Of a DNA stretch of 64,000 bases, positions 9,965 through 20,889 are shown piece after piece. Made by a program: the position numbers and the translations under genes. The stretch covers positions 558,001 to 622,000 of the forward strand of contig BROI01000014.1 in the NCBI GenBank assembly GCA_027923505.1. The letters are read 5' to 3'. Numbering within the stretch: position 1 is the stretch's first letter; each line of letters opens with the position of its first letter. A model generated the notes under the pieces. The model saw nothing but the letters and a program-made list of their open reading frames with translations. It had not been told where the DNA came from and ran no database searches. The DNA comes from Mayamaea pseudoterrestris. Its lineage: Eukaryota.

Positions 9965-11371
9965 ATGGATTCAGCCCAGAACGACGAAAACGACGACAAC
10001 AGTGACGACGAGCCAGCAACAATGGACTGGAACGAACAGCTCCGTAGTATTCTCGACAATGATGTACGCTCGTCGTCGTTTTGCGTCACGCAGCGTCTCG
10101 ACCACGTTCCGGCGCTGCATCCAAAGATTCATTTGACAGGGTTGACAGTGAACGATCGCATATCCTATCCGCTCACTCATCATCAGTCCATGCAACTGGA
10201 AGAAATGGTGAAAGTTGCTTGTGAGAAGAGACGAAATAATAGCGGCAGCGATTACGATGGATCCGTCGTTGACAAGCCGTGGGAGTTTGATGCTTCCCAA
10301 GTCACAATTTATGAGCAAGAAAAGTGGAATGAATTTCTTAACAGTCTCGTTCACGACATGACTTTACAAATGGGAGTCTCATCACCAGTCAAGGCTCAAC
10401 TGCTGGGATTGGCGCTCAAGGGGCCTGGTGTATCTGCGCCAGACTTGCTTGATTGTGATTTTCAACATGGAGGATTTGGATTGCTTGAAGTTCAGTTGCC
10501 ATCATACTACAAGGGTGGAACCATGGTCGTTTCGTACAAGGATGAACCAAACGTGAGCACCAAGGAGCATGTCGACGAGAGTCAAGATGCCTACTTTGCC
10601 ACTTGCTTTTTCGCCGACTGCGAATTGCAAACCGAAACAATCAAAGAGGGTTCTCGGCTGTCGCTGATTTACCAACTACAGCTTGCGGATCCTACATTGC
10701 CGATTCCGACTGCCGCAAACGTTTGGAAGCATCGAGAGGAGCTGCGGCAGCTCGTTCAAAAGTGGGAGGAAGGCACGATGAAGGGATACTTGCTGGACGA
10801 AACGTACTCGGGCGATGTCAACGACATTTGGTTCGCCAACCTTGCAACGCACGACGCACAAGTCGTCCAGTTGTTGCAGTCTGCAGCGGATACGGAGGGC
10901 GATTCACTCTTTGTCGTCCATTTGGCCTTGCTGGAAAAGTGGGAGTCTGTTTCCATTTCCGACGGCTCGGAAGACCATGACGAAATATTAGATTCAAGTG
11001 TGACTGTCAAGGCAGTAATTGACGCTGACGGTAACATATTTAGCGACATTACCATGCTTCCTTTCGATATCGACTGGGATTTACTCCATGACGCGGAAGA
11101 GGTGGATGACATTTTTGGAGATGAACCATATGAAGAGGTTCGTCGAGAGGGCGACGTTCACGAGTTTACGTACTACCGAGTCGCTGTCTTGTTTTGGCCG
11201 CGAGCCATTGCCGATTCCATTGCGTTCGATGCTTCTACATCGTTGAAGCGTGGTGCGCCGGGTAGTTCGTTCATTGGTACTCGTGACAAGCGAGCTCGAG
11301 TGGAACCGGTCAATGTTCCTGGTGCTGGGCGCCAGGACGATCCGTTTGTTTTGGATGACGATTCTGATTAG
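9965..11371 (+). CDS. 2OG-Fe(II) oxygenase-fold protein with apparently degenerate metal ligands
   Basis: ISYPL..., WEFDASQV, FGLLEVQLPSYYKGGTMVV, FFADCE....IKEGSRLSLIYQL follow a 2OG-Fe(II) oxygenase family pattern. Confidence 0.7.
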   Translation: MDSAQNDENDDNSDDEPATMDWNEQLRSILDNDVRSSSFCVTQRLDHVPALHPKIHLTGLTVNDRISYPLTHHQSMQLEEMVKVACEKRRNNSGSDYDGSVVDKPWEFDASQVTIYEQEKWNEFLNSLVHDMTLQMGVSSPVKAQLLGLALKGPGVSAPDLLDCDFQHGGFGLLEVQLPSYYKGGTMVVSYKDEPNVSTKEHVDESQDAYFATCFFADCELQTETIKEGSRLSLIYQLQLADPTLPIPTAANVWKHREELRQLVQKWEEGTMKGYLLDETYSGDVNDIWFANLATHDAQVVQLLQSAADTEGDSLFVVHLALLEKWESVSISDGSEDHDEILDSSVTVKAVIDADGNIFSDITMLPFDIDWDLLHDAEEVDDIFGDEPYEEVRREGDVHEFTYYRVAVLFWPRAIADSIAFDASTSLKRGAPGSSFIGTRDKRARVEPVNVPGAGRQDDPFVLDDDSD

Positions 11372-11646
11372 TGAACAGGTTCATACAATACGTACATATA
11401 TAGATAAAACAATGTTTATATATCCATTTTGTACTAAGCGAAATCAACTGCCCACGCCAAGTAATAAATGAAGACCGTCAACAAGGCCGAGGAAGGATGA
11501 AATAATGTCAACTTTCAAACGTACGGGAGGTGGCAAGTAAATAATGAAAGCTCTCCGTGACTGAACTTGTTTATTGTGCATGTCGGCCATGACACTAATA
11601 ATGGGCTGTTAGATTATGCGTGAAACTACAAAACATTTCCTATCGC

Positions 11647-12579
11647 TTAGCACTTCCATCGCTTTCCGCAACTCAGACATAATACAAAGACTGTCATGGG
11701 TTCGTCAGCGGATCGAGTCTGCTTCTGCGTTGACGTCGTCTTGGTCGACTTGCAACGACCACATGTAAAGAGCGACGCCTTGAGCAAATCGCCTCTGATT
11801 CCGCACATTTCGTTAATCTTATCCTCGTTGGCCTCGTTCCAATCCAGTCGGGAGGCATCAATGACTTTGCGCGCTTCCTCCGCTCTCTTCTTTAGCGTCT
11901 CTTCTGGTGCTAATTGTTCTGACGACATTTTCACGAGATCGTCCGCCTCGATTGTCCCAAGTAAAACATCCTTGCACAGCAGCGTATTCTTTTTCAAGTT
12001 AAATGCCAGTGATCGGGCTTTGTCCGAATATGCTTTTGAGTTTGGAAAGTTTCTGCAAATGGCACTTTCAATTTCTGCAGCTCGAGGTCCGACTAAATGG
12101 TCGATTGCTTCCAAGCTGACGCCGTCTTCAATCAGTGCCGGTTTGGCAGTCAGCAGGAATTCGTACAGCTTTTGACAGATAGTCTGGCGATGTGACGGCA
12201 GGCCAGCCCATTCAGAATTTGGTACCGCTGCTTGTGAGGGAATGCTTTCGCGGCGCTCGGATTTAACCGAGGGAGTCACCTTTTGTGACGTCGTCGATCC
12301 TTTCGTCGCGGCTGCTTTACCGTCGCCATTCTTGGCAACATTCTTCCACTTTTTGATAAGAGATTTTGCTTTCGGCCCAAGTGTCTCATGTGACTTTAGT
12401 TTACTGACAACTGTGCCAATGAGCGTTTCTGATAGAATAGCCAAGTTGATGTCGGCTTCGTCGAGTCGCGAAAGAAGGTCGTCGCAGCGTTCCACTGATT
12501 CTCCGTCAAGTTGCGGACAATCAAGCTCTTTTGCAAGACTTTTCTTGACATCAAGGACAAAGGCCTTTGCAGAAGACAT
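11647..12579 (-). CDS. TFIIS: Transcription elongation factor S-II
   Basis: N-terminal LSETLIG..V.KL...AKSLIKKWK domain; central YSDKARSLAFNLKKN; Zn ribbon CGRC...QTRSADEPMTVFVLCLSCGKRWKC. Confidence 0.95.
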   Translation of the reverse strand: MSSAKAFVLDVKKSLAKELDCPQLDGESVERCDDLLSRLDEADINLAILSETLIGTVVSKLKSHETLGPKAKSLIKKWKNVAKNGDGKAAATKGSTTSQKVTPSVKSERRESIPSQAAVPNSEWAGLPSHRQTICQKLYEFLLTAKPALIEDGVSLEAIDHLVGPRAAEIESAICRNFPNSKAYSDKARSLAFNLKKNTLLCKDVLLGTIEADDLVKMSSEQLAPEETLKKRAEEARKVIDASRLDWNEANEDKINEMCGIRGDLLKASLFTCGRCKSTKTTSTQKQTRSADEPMTVFVLCLSCGKRWKC

Positions 12580-12830
12580 GATGCGGTAGGATAGTCGTGC
12601 AGTTGCGACTACGGGGAGCAAGCAAGTGAGATGGATGTGCGAATAGGCGCGGTTGGTGGCTGCCGTTTCCGCGAGTGATGTCTTTTCATACACGCTAAGG
12701 ATGATTTTTGGATTCCCGATTCCTTGAACTGCCGATCTTTTGCACAGAACACGGAACATGCACGCGACGACGTGGGCGCATTGTTGATGCCTTCGATCTG
12801 TCTTCACCTTTTTTCGCAATCAATTTGAAC

Positions 12831-13947
12831 ATGAAGATCGCAATTCTCTCTTGCCTCCTTGCATCGGCATTGGCCTTTGCTCCTGCTGCTCAGCAACGAA
12901 CATCGACCGCGCTCAACTATGACATCAATTCTGCGTTTGGTGTGACTGTCGAGACTGGAAACAAGTGTCCTCCTCTTGGGGCGATGCTTTTGGAAGATAC
13001 GGACGAGAGGGCATTGAAATGGTTTCAGAATGCTGAGATCAAGAATGGCCGAGTAAGTCTGTACTTGCGAAGCTTTTACGCGTTAAGATTGATGGTGACA
13101 TGAAAGATGTGCTCACGTGCTCACGAAATGTTCTTTTCAATTTTCCAGGTTGCAATGCTGGCGACAATTGGATATGTAAGTATATAGGTCGTTTGAATCG
13201 GATGCGCAGTGCTTCGGGCTTCGGGCTTCGGGACAATATGGTTACTTTTGCACTATATTCCGCATTGTTTCTTGAATATATCGAATTACCTACGTGTCAT
13301 TGGTCTGCGATTTTGCTAACCATCTTGTTCGTTCTCGTCTTGAAGTGGGTGCAAAAGATGGGAATGCATTTTCCCTTGTATCTTGGACCTTCAGGTAGGA
13401 TGCCTAACTTATGCAGAGTTTGCATCCCTGTCGATGTGACGCTTGACTGACACGGATCCCATTTGCGTTTGCAGGATCAAACTCATTCCACCCCGAGTCT
13501 GCTGACACTTGGTACCTTAGCACCAGCGCCGGCATCACCTTTGCTGATGTGGCCAAGGCTGCGACTCCTTTTGATGCGCTTGGCATGATTCCAGCGGCTG
13601 GATGGTTGCAATTACTTGCGGCGGCTGGCGCCTTTGAGTTGACTGCCTGGAACAGACAATGGAACGAGGAGCGCGCCGTTCCGGGAGACTACGGATACGA
13701 CCCACTTGGCTTCACCAAGCGTGCTGGCGGCTTGGAGAGCGCTGAGCTCAAGCAGCTGCGCATCCAAGAAATTAAGAATGGGCGATTGGTACGTGATGCA
13801 AAACCAATATATTCGACGACGCCATGATGGTCACTCGTTCACTCACACGGCTCTAATGCGCTCTGGATGTAGGCAATGATTGCTATTGCAGGATGGTTGA
13901 GCGAGGAAAGCATTCCAGGCAGTTTCCCAGTACCATTCCACCCATAA
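12831..13947 (+). CDS. Light-harvesting chlorophyll a/c (FCP/LHC) protein; 5 exons: 12831-13052, 13149-13175, 13346-13394, 13475-13788, 13873-13947
   Basis: Signal peptide plus AFAP plastid motif; spliced AEIKNGR|VAMLATIGY and QEIKNGRL|AMIAIAGW chlorophyll-binding motifs; PGDYGYDPLG; all four introns are GT..AG and frame-consistent. Confidence 0.92.
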
Positions 13948-14307
13948 ATGATGCGGCAGGATTGTTGGCGTCAGCTATATCTTTTCCAACTCTATGCTTG
14001 CAGTTGCTGCTTTTCTTTAGCTGAAAGTAAATAATTGCTTGTATTTACAATTGACCAACTATATCATGACTTCTGCGAGACAAGTATAACATTGCAGACT
14101 ACCGATACAAGGAGATAACAACTAGGATAGCTAAATCTATCCTTAACTTTAAACATCCAAAGATACCTTTCTTCGTGTCCTTCCGTTATGTAACGCATCT
14201 CTCGCTCGGCGATCATCAACAATGGGCGACGAAAACGCCACTGACGAGACTCGACCTTTCATTGCAAAACTACCTATATTGACTACTCAGAGTTACAGTA
14301 CGCAGCT

Positions 14308-14841
14308 ATGGGACAATTACTAAGCAATTTACTGGACATATTCTATACCAAGAAGCTTGATATTGTCGTCATTGGCTTGGAGAATTCCGGCAAAACAACT
14401 TTGCTCTCCGTCTTGGCGAATGGCCGGCCTGTCGAGACGGTACCCACTATTGGACTCAACGTCAAGGTCTTTAAGAAGGGCAAGGTGAACATGAAATGCT
14501 GGGACATTGGCGGCCAGGAGCAATATCGGAGTGAATGGTCCAGATACACCAAGGGTTGCGACGTTGTGCTGTACGTTGTCGATGCTGCCGCTCCGCAAAA
14601 ACTTATAACGGCCAAGAAGGAGCTGCACAAACTACTGGATGATGGAAGCATTGGAACCACTCCTCTTCTAGTACTTGCAAACAAGATTGACGTACCGGAG
14701 CATGTTGGAGAAGCGGAACTGATTGATAAGCTCGCACTGAATTACGTCATGGATACACCCTGGATTGTTCTTCCAATATCGGCGCTTCACGTAACGAACA
14801 TTGATCAAGTCATTGAATGGCTGACTGCGCAAGGCAAATGA
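14308..14841 (+). CDS. ARF-like small GTPase (ARL8-like)
   Basis: GLENSGKTT, PTIG, WDIGGQ, NKID, SA motifs; KKGKVNMKCWDIGGQ.QYRS.W.RY is ARL8-like. Confidence 0.9.
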   Translation: MGQLLSNLLDIFYTKKLDIVVIGLENSGKTTLLSVLANGRPVETVPTIGLNVKVFKKGKVNMKCWDIGGQEQYRSEWSRYTKGCDVVLYVVDAAAPQKLITAKKELHKLLDDGSIGTTPLLVLANKIDVPEHVGEAELIDKLALNYVMDTPWIVLPISALHVTNIDQVIEWLTAQGK

Positions 14842-15055
14842 TGAACCATTTGCAAAGGTCAATGATGCTGGACTTAAGAAAAATTGGTGCAATTGGAGTT
14901 GTTGTCATGCGTTGCTGTCGATGAACGATTGAGTGGAACATCTATAGGCCAATTCAAATATACGAATAGAGAATATGGTAACGATATAAATTCACATATT
15001 AAATGGACGTTTAAAGTATGAACTCATTAGAATGGCTTTGTTTGACGGTAGATCT

Positions 15056-17325
15056 TTATAGAAACCATGGCGCTTGCTCGACCAATACAGACGACATTTT
15101 AGTCGTTTTGGCGCGATTAAACTCCCTCGGTCTGTCATTGTCAAAAAGAGCTACTCGACAGTCAACTCGTATATGCCGAACCGGACGGCCGTCCATCAGC
15201 AACGCGCAGTCACTATCTGCATCAGGTTGGTCGCAATACTCGAGGCTCAGATTCTCCTGCTCGGCGAAAATCTTCACTTTACTTGGCTGTCCACACGCTC
15301 CCTGTATAGCATTCTCCGCTAGCATGAGCTGCCAAAACTTTCCACCAGTGGCATCCACCGCTAGATGTGCCGAAATCCATTGAAAGGCGCCCTCGAGGAC
15401 GGACGTTGATCCATGCGTACCCCAGCAACCAGCCCGCCAAACAACCGTCTTGTATCCGTTGCGCTCGCCAATGTGCTTCATGACATCAATAGGTTCCGCT
15501 CCTTCAATCATCTCCACAATAACGCCATAGCCTTCAAGTTGACTCTTAATCTCTTGTATCTCTTGCAGCTCATGTAGTATCAGTTGCATTGAGGCTTGTG
15601 CAGAATTTTGACAGGCAATGGCAGCTTCGGCAGCCTTGGTTGCATCACCAGATTCTAGCGCAGAAGCAGCCTGCTTTGCGGCATCAGCGGCGGCTTCTGC
15701 TGCCTTTGCTGCAGACTTTGCCGCTGCTCGAGCTTGCGCGTTAATGCCTCGGCGAAGCAAAACGCGAGTCGGCTTGCGATCGGCAGCCTTCCAAAATGCT
15801 TCCACGTCAACAAAGCTTGGGAGGTTATGATTGCCATTTACAATGGGCAAGTCCTTCAAGTCCGTAGCGTCCATGACAAGAATGCGCTCCACACCCGCTG
15901 GTAAAACCTCTCCGTGGGTCGCCATCCACTTCAAACCATTCAGACGGACGGCAAGGTTATCGTCCTCCTTGCGACCGTAGCCCTTGCGCGGAAAGGTACC
16001 GACGATAGCGTCACATTGCTCGTACCACGGCATCATCGGCGAGCCCTGTAAATTGTCAGTATATTCCTCCTCAAAGTTAACGTCCATCATGGATTCAAAA
16101 CCAGAAGAATCGTCGTTCTCCTCCGTGTCCACCCATATCATCTGACGAGAAAACGAACAATTACTTAGCATATAGAAAAACGAAAAATACACGACGAAAA
16201 ACTCAATGCGGAGCTCACCTCTGGAGGTGGTGCAATCTCGTAGCTTCCAAAGTCTCTGAAGCCCAAATTCTTGCCCTCAAAATCTGTTCCAAAGGCATTC
16301 CCATGTCTAGCAAAGGCCTCGACATTGTCCGAATCAACGACACTGCAATGCAAGAAACCCAAGGGTCGCCTAAAGATCTCCACATGTTTTCTCGCCTGAG
16401 ACATGAGTTTGTTGTTTTGAAGATTGGAATATTCACGAATAAGTTCCTGGCACTCGTTCTGCAAATCGCTTCCAATCATGGTCACGCTAATCCCAGCCGC
16501 GTGCAACGCTTTTGCTCCCTTGGTGGCTAGCTCACGCACCGGATGCGAGCAGCCAATCACGACGCGGGGAATACCAGTCTCCCGAATCAAGTTGGTGGTA
16601 CTTGGACGAGCCGTTCCATGGCGCTTGGCGGACGGTTCCAGCGTCACGTACAACGTGGCGTTGGAAATGGCATGTCGAAGCGACGGATCCGACGGCCAAG
16701 CCATGCACCATTCCGATAGTGGCGTCACTTTCAATCCTGCATTCTGAATGCAATTTCGAACCGCTTCCGCTTTGTAGTCGGATCGTCCTCTGCCAATGAC
16801 GATTCCGTCGGCTGATACTAGAACGGCGCCAACGGTGGGATTCGGAAAGGCCGACGGCGCGGCTCGTTCGCCGCCGACGCTTTCGGCCATTTGAATGGCC
16901 ATGCGCATGTACTTTGCATCCGTAGATGTGCTTATCGCCGGATCAAGCTGTATTGCATTCTCCGTCGAATTCTTAGCTGGCGCTTCTACGGAGACTGCGT
17001 CGACGCTGGAAGATTCTTCTTCCTCAGACGGCAATTTTGCTTGCCCATTTAGCGACGGTGCATTCTCTTCATCTAACACGCCTTTTTCCACTTCTCTTTC
17101 TATTGTCTTTTCTTGAACATTGGACCTAGAGTTGCTGTGAAGATGTTTCTTTTGCTTGAACAAAGGACTCAGTCTTTGATGGTGTCTTTCGTAGGAAGAA
17201 ATGAAATCCAGATTCGATGATGGTTGTCCGTATACTTGGCGGCGGTAACTCGGACCGGTGAATGCGACTGCATTATATGCAAAGCAGCAACAAAACGCAG
17301 CTTCTAGTAGGGAGTGGCGCAACAT
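15056..17325 (-). CDS. Plastid-targeted RibD-like (pyrimidine deaminase/reductase-fold) protein; intron 16142-16218
   Basis: AVAFT presequence; DAKYMRMAI..A, PNPTVGAVLV, ATLYVTLEP, GIPRVVIG deaminase-fold motifs; a GTGAG..TCAG intron joins ORFs 16165-17325 and 15056-16192 in frame. Confidence 0.8.
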
Positions 17326-17558
17326 TCTTTTTAAGGTCGTGCTGGACCGAAAGATAAAGACGTGTTGTGTGACGATGCACCAAATTCATGCAGATGGCCG
17401 AATGAATTCTGCGTCATGGTCGCGCCGCCGCACAATGTGTCGCATCGTGATATCGCATCGGTATCCAAGGAGGAAGAAAAAACTGCGACGACGACGACCG
17501 CGCACTTTTTTACGCATCGACGTCTTCCACGTTGGCAAACTCATCCGCCTCCATAGAC

Positions 17559-19352
17559 ATGACAAATTCTTTAGCGTCTACAACAAGATCAATAGTATCA
17601 AGCGATAAGAAGATGATATCAGCCAAGGTTGTCATTATTGGAGCAGGAGCTTGCGGCTTACAGTGCGCGCATGACCTGGTCACAAAACATGGCGTCGATC
17701 CAAACGAAATCATTGTTTTGGAGGCAAGAAACCGAATTGGCGGACGTATACATACTAGTTACGAAACCTGTATTCATCAAGAAACTCACCAACCAGTCGA
17801 CTTTGCCGTGGATCATGGTGCATGTTGGGTTCATGGAACAGGTCTTGACTGGAATGCGCCAGTTCCTCATGGTTCCTCAATATTTTTGGCTCCAACGACA
17901 CCCGACTCTTCAACTGTTTCTACTGTTAGCGATTCCACCACCATGACGCCTCTTTCATCTACTGCATCTCTGTCATCATCATTAACCGTCAATCCAATCG
18001 TATCGCTCCTGAGCCAAGCAAGCGAAGAGTCCGTCTACGAGCAACTTGACAAGGTTTTCGAGGGAAACCCTTGGATGCGACCAAAAACAGTAGTCACGGA
18101 CCACAATCAGCTTGCCTTGTATGTTTCTGGTAGAAGGATTGACAATGACGGAACGACGACGCGGATTATGCAAGCTGCGTTGCAGCGTCACTTTGACGTA
18201 TTGCAAGCCGTGTCTGACGCTGGCAGGAAACTTTGCTACAATGGACGCGGCATGGAGACTATCTCTCAAAGCGCGCAGAATATGATAGATGCGCTTGCAA
18301 TACAAAACGATATTACGAATGAACCAGGCTTGTCAGATAATGAACAAGAAATTGTTTCCTCGCTGACTCCATTCTTTATGCACTTGGTCGAATGTTGGCA
18401 CGGGGCGCCGGTCAAGGAATTACAGCTGGCTGCCTTTATCGCGGACGAGGACGAGAATTCAGTACCAGTATCGGATGCAAGTGCTTACGATTCAGTATAT
18501 AGCAGTGTGGGTGACTTTTATGGGCCACACTGCAACGTGAAGCAAGGAATGGCCGCAGTCTTGGAGCCGCTGCTAATTGATGGAGTGCGGGAACGGATTC
18601 GGCTTGAGCAAGAAGTAACCAAGATTCGATATAATGAAGAAGGACGACATTTATTTATTGAGACAGCTTCAGGTCTCATTGTACGGACAGATGCGTGTGT
18701 CTCGACGCTGACGGTGGAATGTCTAAAAGCAGCAATTGCCGAAAACTTGTTCGAACCCAGACTTGGCGGCGACAAGGAAGAAGCAATATCAATGACACAC
18801 ATGGGCTCTTACAAGAAGGTTCTACTGACGTTTGATAACATATTTTGGCCGACCAATGAATCATTCATCGGTTTGGTGCAAAGCGACCCGGCAAGAGAAG
18901 CTTCGCCCCTCGGGAGGTTTCTCCTCATTAACAACCTTTGGTCGCGCAAAGGAATACCTTGCTTGGAAGCAGTCTTGTTTGGTGAATCTGGTAGTTGGGC
19001 TACAGGTAAAAGCGATGATGAGATTCGCACTGCAGTACTCAAATTTATCAGATCTGCGATGAATCTTGACGAAACCATAGATGCGCAATGTTTGGGTGTG
19101 CACGTGACACGATGGGAGGAGGACCGATTCTCACGAGGAGCATACTCGAACATGTGTTTGGGTGCATCTGTCCGACATGTTGATGAACTCTGCCAGCCAG
19201 AATATGACGGCCGCTTAATACTGGCTGGTGAAGGAACCATTCTGGAATACGAAGGAAGTGTACATGCTGCCTTGATCAGTGGAAGAGACGCTGCAGAACA
19301 ATTGCAAGCTATTTTAACAAAGGAATCACCGGATCATTCGTTGGCCAAATGA
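17559..19352 (+). CDS. Flavin-containing amine oxidase (polyamine oxidase-like)
   Basis: VVIIGAGACGL, LEARNRIGGRI, DHGACWVHG, TRWEEDRFSRGAYS, AGEGT, GSVHAALISGRDAA; start at 17559 or 17613. Confidence 0.92.
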   Translation: MTNSLASTTRSIVSSDKKMISAKVVIIGAGACGLQCAHDLVTKHGVDPNEIIVLEARNRIGGRIHTSYETCIHQETHQPVDFAVDHGACWVHGTGLDWNAPVPHGSSIFLAPTTPDSSTVSTVSDSTTMTPLSSTASLSSSLTVNPIVSLLSQASEESVYEQLDKVFEGNPWMRPKTVVTDHNQLALYVSGRRIDNDGTTTRIMQAALQRHFDVLQAVSDAGRKLCYNGRGMETISQSAQNMIDALAIQNDITNEPGLSDNEQEIVSSLTPFFMHLVECWHGAPVKELQLAAFIADEDENSVPVSDASAYDSVYSSVGDFYGPHCNVKQGMAAVLEPLLIDGVRERIRLEQEVTKIRYNEEGRHLFIETASGLIVRTDACVSTLTVECLKAAIAENLFEPRLGGDKEEAISMTHMGSYKKVLLTFDNIFWPTNESFIGLVQSDPAREASPLGRFLLINNLWSRKGIPCLEAVLFGESGSWATGKSDDEIRTAVLKFIRSAMNLDETIDAQCLGVHVTRWEEDRFSRGAYSNMCLGASVRHVDELCQPEYDGRLILAGEGTILEYEGSVHAALISGRDAAEQLQAILTKESPDHSLAK

Positions 19353-19729
19353 AGCAAGCTTGGTACTTGCCGATTTTTCTGGCACGGCTATGTAGAAGCG
19401 TCTTCGTTTACATTCGGCAAGTATGGCCTGATCAGGCGGCTGCGTAGCTGTACAGATACACAACCAAAAGTATTTAACGAGTTATCAACGAAATTTTATG
19501 AGCAGATATACAATCTTCCGTAGCAGCTACGTAAATTATATATCGTCCTGGTTGTCCCGCATTAGTTTGTCGCCAGCATCGAGATAGCTAAACAGTCTTG
19601 CAGGTAACGGTACGACCAATTTGAATCTGAAACGTTCTCTGATTGGCCGACGCGTCGAAGCGTGACACGCGCGCCGACTCAAAGACGCAGCAACGGTCAC
19701 TCGCACCTTCCGACTCCACATTTTTCACC

Positions 19730-20806
19730 ATGGCGCGCCGGTTCTCCAAGCAGCACCATGCGCATGAGTCTCGCTATCTGAGTAACAGCAGTGCTGCATC
19801 GTCGGCTGAGGGCAGTCTCAAGAGCGCATTAAATTCTTGTGGAGGCATCTCATCCTTTTCGTCCGATATTTTCAATCACTTGAGCTCGAGCGGTTCAGAG
19901 GCAAGCCATGCAGCGCCAGTGCGTCAATACTTTGCCAAAAAGAGCAAAGACGACGTAGATTGCGCAGAGCACAAGATGAACTCTCCAAGCGATCCGTTAG
20001 TGGTCAAGCTTACGTCCTATCAAACTCGAGGATGGATATCACGAGGCGACTACATGCACTATCGCAAACTGCTCAAAACCAAGGAGCAACGCCAGAAAGT
20101 CCAGACTCTGCTCACGGACATTGCAGCAACTCATCAGGTAGCAGCCTCTGATGCAGCTGCTCCGTCGTCAGGTCTCTTCAAGGGCAGCAATGCATCGTCG
20201 GCAACGTCCACGTCGAGCGCACTAATCGCTGCAGCTCGACGCTTGCAAGTCAGTTGGGACGATCATTCAAAAGCGTCCTCCACGGACGTGAGCGACAAGG
20301 AAAACGCCAAGGATCGCTCAATGGGTCCACCTGCTCCACGGATAGTCCCTGCTTTGCAGCAAGCCTTCAAGCCTACACCAGAGAATCCTCGGCCACCGCG
20401 CAGCAATATGGTAGCTGCTGCTGTTTCCAAACCACCAGATATCACCAATGCAATGCTGCTGGAGCCTTCTCATCTTTGGAAGGGGCATGCACCGTTGGAT
20501 GAGAAGAATCTCCAAAAGCTCTTTGTCGACATGTGTTTCTTTGCGCGCCTCGGTTTCGTGCAGCCTCCAAGCTGCCTGAAATGCGCCTACTCCCAAGTCG
20601 TTGCTGGCCATGCGCCACAGCACAAGCCTAATTGTCTTCGCTGGGTCATTTGGCGCAAGGATGCAAACATTCAACTGCATCCCAACAAATTGGAGGGAAA
20701 CATTGTTATTCTGCAGTGCCATGCGGTGAATGCTTTGCTGGAAGGAAAGCAAGTGGAGGGACGTGCATGGAATGCTGACAGCCGAAGGCTCGTCCGTACG
20801 CATTAA
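19730..20806 (+). CDS. Hypothetical protein with C-terminal Cys/His-rich domain
   Basis: Long ORF; low-complexity N-half; C-terminal MCFFARLGFVQPPSCLKC...CLRWVIWR...LHP...QC. Confidence 0.7.
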   Translation: MARRFSKQHHAHESRYLSNSSAASSAEGSLKSALNSCGGISSFSSDIFNHLSSSGSEASHAAPVRQYFAKKSKDDVDCAEHKMNSPSDPLVVKLTSYQTRGWISRGDYMHYRKLLKTKEQRQKVQTLLTDIAATHQVAASDAAAPSSGLFKGSNASSATSTSSALIAAARRLQVSWDDHSKASSTDVSDKENAKDRSMGPPAPRIVPALQQAFKPTPENPRPPRSNMVAAAVSKPPDITNAMLLEPSHLWKGHAPLDEKNLQKLFVDMCFFARLGFVQPPSCLKCAYSQVVAGHAPQHKPNCLRWVIWRKDANIQLHPNKLEGNIVILQCHAVNALLEGKQVEGRAWNADSRRLVRTH

Positions 20807-20889
20807 AAAGTAAAACTTTCATACAAAAGTATATTTGTTAGTCGCATGACAAGAATGTGTAAATCTTTTTACCGGTGTATAGTTTCAAG

